Shown: positions 31,219 to 35,884 of the stretch, one piece after another
Layout: every line of letters starts with the position of its first letter
Numbering within the stretch: position 1 is the first letter of the stretch
NCBI RefSeq assembly: GCF_001194135.2
Contig: NC_068988.1
Location: forward strand, 38,340,489-38,376,372
DNA length: 35,884 nt
Direction of reading: 5' to 3'
From: Octopus bimaculoides
Taxonomy: Eukaryota
Made by a program: the position numbers and the translations under genes
Notes under the pieces: generated by a model
What the model saw: the letters and a program-made list of their open reading frames with translations, nothing else
What the model was told of the DNA's origin: nothing
Databases searched by the model: none

Positions 31219-32567
31219 ACTGTTTTTTTTTTAAAATTTTTATAAGCATGTTTATGAGTGGTCAAAGTATTGTATTCAAAATGGTGACCAAAATTGTCGT
31301 TGGAAAGATGGTGGATAACTTTGTGGGCTTCCAATCAAGTCAGCTGTTAAATGTTGAGACTTTAGTGTTATAACCTGGAGAAATAATGCATTCAAAATAT
31401 GGCAAGTGACTGACAGAAGGTTCATATATTTGCATATCTTGTTTTGAGGCCTGAATAGGTTGACATTCAGATGATAACCTTCATTATTGCTGCTCAGCTA
31501 CAAATTGCCGATTGAGTAGATTTATGATGAAAGCCATTCCAACTATGACTCTCCTGTCCTTTTTATTGTATTTTCTTTTTCCAGATAAAGTGTTTTCTTT
31601 GACTACACTATCCAATATATCTTGTCTCTTTAAGAAGTTTTTTTTTATTACCAGAGGACAGTTACAAGTGCTTTAGAATTTGTGAGAGCACATCTATCCC
31701 GAGAAAAATAACGAATCTTTAATTTTACAAATTCCTAATTAACTACTATAATAATACTCTTGTGCTTTTCTCCGTCACAACATATGAATGAGAATGGAAG
31801 GAGTGATAGATGAATAAGGAAGGAAGGGGTGATGGCAAACTTGGTATTGGGATGATGGAAATTCTATGGTGAAAAAAATTCAAAACTGTTTCAACTCTGT
31901 GTGTGTGAATGTGAAAGGGAGGTATGAGAATGTTTGTGTGTGTGTGTGTGTGCAATAGAAGTGGAATGGTGAACATTCAATGCTGAAAAGGAAAATCAAA
32001 CAATGTTTCAACTCTGTGTGAGTATATGCGTGTATGTGTGTGCATGTACAAGGGAAGTGTGTGAACCAGTGTTCTTTCAGTAACAAATGATGATCAATGT
32101 TACATCTCAAAAGACAACCACTCGATAACATTGACAAGTGTGTTAATTGGATTTATCATCCATATTCTATCTTTTGTCCTTATTTATATATAAAATACTA
32201 CGATTAGCAGTCATTTTTGATGGCAAGGGGGCAACTTGTGTATATTATATTAAACTAGAGCTTTTTTAAAACCAGTTTTTAGAGTTTTCATTGGTAAGCT
32301 GTTTCAAATTTGGATAGTGGTGAAGTTTATCTATGGGTGAGAGACTTTGTTGTCCTTGGCATAGAGGCTCCTTTATGGGCTGCTATCATTAACATAATGT
32401 TGTTTAACCTCATGTCAAGCCTGGATCAAGCATATTTACCATCAAGACTGGTCCAGCTGTGAAAGCCCCCCTATTTGTTTTCTTAAGCACAAAAATCTCA
32501 ACATCACTTTATCCAACATGTTGTCAATATATTATAATATGATTTGTTCTGAGTTCAAATGCTACTG

Positions 32568-33195
32568 TGGCAAGCTGGCTGAATCGTTAGCACACCGGTT
32601 GAAATGTTTATTCGTATTTCACCTGTCTTCACATACTGAGTTCAAATTCTGCTAAGGTCAACTTTACCTTTCATCTTTTCAGGGTTGATAAAAAAAGTAC
32701 CAGTTGAATACTGGGGCCAATGCAATCAACTTACTCCATCCCCTGAAATTGATGGCCTTGCGCCAAAGTTTGAAATCAATATATTGTGATATAACTAAGG
32801 TGGCAAACTGGCAGAATTGTTAGCATGCCAGGTGAAATGCTTAGTGTTATTTCATCTGCCGCTATGTTGAGAGTTCAAATTCCACCGAAGTCAACTTTGC
32901 CTTTCATCTTTTCAGGGTCGATTAAATAAGTACTAGTTACGCACTAGAGTCAATATAATCGACTTAATCCATTAGTCTCCTCTGTGTGTAGCCCCTTGTG
33001 GGCAGTAAAAAAACAAGAATTGTTACCATGCCAGCCAAAATGCTTAGCTGTATTTTGTCTGCCTTCACAATCTGAGATCAAATACCACTTGAGTTGAGTT
33101 TGCATTTCATCCTCAGAGAGCCAATAAAATAAGTACCATATAAACACTGGGGTCCCCTGAATTTGCTGGCCTTGTGTCAAAATTCGAAACCAGTA
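32568..33195 (+). mobile_element. Three head-to-tail SINE family C copies
   Basis: Heads at about 32568, 32799 and 33017, each with GAGTTCAAAT/GAGATCAAAT and TTTCATC core. Confidence 0.85.
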
Positions 33196-33787
33196 CACTA
33201 AGATATGGTTTGAAGAAAATTTAGCTGCCTAGTTTTTGCAAATTTAATAACCATGTAGAGACACTTTAGTTAGCTCATGTAGTTATGTATGATATAAGGT
33301 TAAATAGGAAGGTAGGTTCGGGGTTGATGGAAAGACATATGGTTGACATACGTGATGGAGCATAGCTAAGTTCATGGGTGGGTAATCAACTCCTTGAGCT
33401 GGTTGTTAAGTAGACTGGAAGGTAGGCTGTGATACTTGTTTAATGAGTATCTTGCTAGTTAAATTGGTAGGTTGGAATAGCAGATATTCAGCCATCCGCA
33501 TTTGCACTAATACACAAGTACATATGTATAAAAGACAATTATAGAAATATGCACATTTATGTACACAAATACACACACACACGCACACATGTAAATACAT
33601 ACATGCCTACATATATACACATGTATGCACACACATATATAAATGTATAAATATATATGTACATGCATATATATCTATGATTATATGTATATGCATATAG
33701 ATACACACACACACAGTGATTGCACAATCACATAATATGATACAAATACAAACTCATGCACTCGTGCATACATCTAAACATAAGTAG

Positions 33788-33792
33788 AAAAC

Positions 33793-33833
<41 letters not shown>
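33788..33833. repeat. (TA)n microsatellite
   Basis: Seen directly. Confidence 0.95.
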
Positions 33834-33839
<6 letters not shown>

Positions 33840-35709
33840 CTAGTGCCACCACCACCGCCACCACTACCACCACTAAAAAAACAACAACTAAACAAACCAA
33901 TCTACTCCACTATTAAAGCAGGTTTTATGAAGCATCACTCTTCAATTGTAGAATCTGTAATTCTATGGTATTGATTGGGAAAATTTCAGTAATCAATACT
34001 GCATTGCATACATAATTTTCTTTTGAGCAATGATTATCATTTAAGTGAGAGGTTGTTGATCTGATTATGATTTCAGTAAGATTCCTGGCTCAATTGAAAC
34101 AGGAGACAAGCATATATGCACGTGGCTACCCAATTCGTTACTGTTGTTATTGTTGTCGCTGCTGCTGCTGCTGTTGTTGCTTAGCTCCAGTTCAGTTCTA
34201 ATTGAACAGACTTATGATCGAAGCCATTCAAAGCACAACCATTTCATCTTGTATCTATGGGAATCCAAGACTGTATTTTCCAGTGTGTGATTTAGCTGCT
34301 ACTTTCAGCAGGTCAAATGAACACATAGTAGCTCCCTCAATGGCTCGTACAAAATTTACTGTCGATAATGTAGTTGTTGTTGTCATTGTTGTTTATCATC
34401 AGGCTAGAGGAGATTTGATTCAGCAGATATTTGTATCCATGGGTGATATGTATGTGGGACTACATTATTCATTGTGTTCATTCCTGTTTTAAGGGTGGTT
34501 GTGTTGTCTGGTTTAATTTTAGGAAAAATTAGCTGCTATTTCAGTCATGTTTACCAGCCACATAGCAGAACTGTCAATGGTTTGTCTTGTTCTTTCCACT
34601 TCTATCATGTTTCCCCCTCTATCTCAGTTTTGCTAACCACTTACTTTCCCCGTGTTGATTGTTAATCAGTAGCGCATTCGGTCTGTGGCTAAACTACAAT
34701 GCCTTTAGCTAGGGATTTGGGCAGTCACAGTGTTTTGCCGTTTGCCATTTTTGCCAACACGAGAATATTACTCCCCCCCACCCTCACACCTAACTCTTAT
34801 AAATTAACTCCCTTCAGATTCCCTACCTCATATTTACAATCTTTGCCTCATGAAGTGGAAAAAGAGAAAATGTTCCAATAAGCAACTCTTGTTTTCCAAC
34901 CTGGCACACATCTAAACCTCATTTTACTGTGCTAATTATAATTACTATCATTATTCATTAATTTATCTATGTACCAACACAATATTGTTTATCCCATGCC
35001 GTATGTTATAGTAAACTTAAGAAACCCTTCATTTCAATTCTCTCTTACTTTAACACTCATTATAATTATTATTATTGTTATTCATTCATTTATTTATCCA
35101 TTTTGTCACAAAGTTTTGATTACTCCATTCTGTATGTTACAGTTATAGCTATAGTTAAAGTTAAGAATGCTAAAGTTCAATTCTGTTTCATTCTATAGCA
35201 CTCATTATATTCCTTATTAGGCAGAGGTAAAGAATAAGCACACCACCTGCTTTTGGCACTCATAATACATAGGCATTTGAATTAATCTTTTTACAGTCCA
35301 GCTGTCCTTTCACACGGAATTTCATCGTCTATAAACTAAAGCTCTGAAGAGACTTATATAAGTGGATATGTATTGTTTATAAATCAAATAAAGTATATAA
35401 GTCAAAATAAATTGTCGACTCTTTTGGTTTTTTAATGATTTTTTTTAATGTCATCGTATATTATATTCATAATATATTATGTTATAATATGAATAAATTA
35501 TTGGATTGTCAATTGAACCCCTCTATTTAATTCATTGTGTATATATATATTTATATATGTGAGTAAAAATAAATACAAAAAAAGGGTTTTGTATGGTCAT
35601 GTATAGAGGAATATATTATTTTATTTAAAAGGGTTCCAACACTGTCTGTTCTTTATGTTTTTTATTTATATTCTTGTAAAATTTATGTGGGATATAGAAT
35701 ATGGAATAT

Positions 35710-35884
35710 CATCATCATCATCATCATCATCATCATCGTTTAACGTCCGCTTTCCATGCTAGCATGGGTTGGACGATTTGACTGAGGACTGGTGCAACCG
35801 GATGGCTACACCAGGCTCCAATCTAATTTGGCAGAGTTTCTACAGCTGGATGCCCTTCCTAACGCCAACCACTCAGAGAGTGTA
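35710..35884 (-). mobile_element. Young family A retroposon 3' end (runs off the window)
   Basis: (CAT)n-CGTTTAACGTCCGCTTTCC..., near-identical to 4763-4925. Confidence 0.93.

Noticed and set aside
31860-32030. Short ~115-bp-period duplication (TGTTTCAACTCTGTGTG)
   Set aside because: Small degenerate local duplication in (TG)n-rich DNA with no further structure.
34640-34800. Slightly CpG-richer unique segment, possible promoter
   Set aside because: Too short, with no adjacent gene or core-promoter evidence.

Overview
AT-rich, gapped eukaryotic genomic DNA in which I found no host protein-coding gene; it is either intergenic or deep intronic. The repeat content suggests an octopus/coleoid cephalopod genome (inference, not a database result): very dense (TA)n/(CA)n/(GAT)n microsatellites, several tRNA-headed SINE families, and a (GAT)n-tailed RTE-type retroposon. 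Most ORF-track entries are microsatellite, gap or repeat artefacts. The real coding remnants are all decayed transposon fragments: pogo/Tigger-type (5455-5925), two mariners (3098-3325, 28626-28987), a maT/Tc1-type element (15731-16583), RTE and CR1-type LINE pieces, a Penelope-like GIY-YIG endonuclease (14881-15160) and a Helitron helicase C-terminus (22124-22309). The best lead is a ~355-bp near-perfect palindrome (23527-23882) whose two arms each carry a complete minimal type-I hammerhead ribozyme core, on opposite strands. Related leads are a collapsed hammerhead-like palindrome nested in a SINE (19552-19700), a degenerate core (24898-24932), twin near-perfect hairpins of pre-miRNA size (27114-27222) and a modular GC-rich satellite (1-862).
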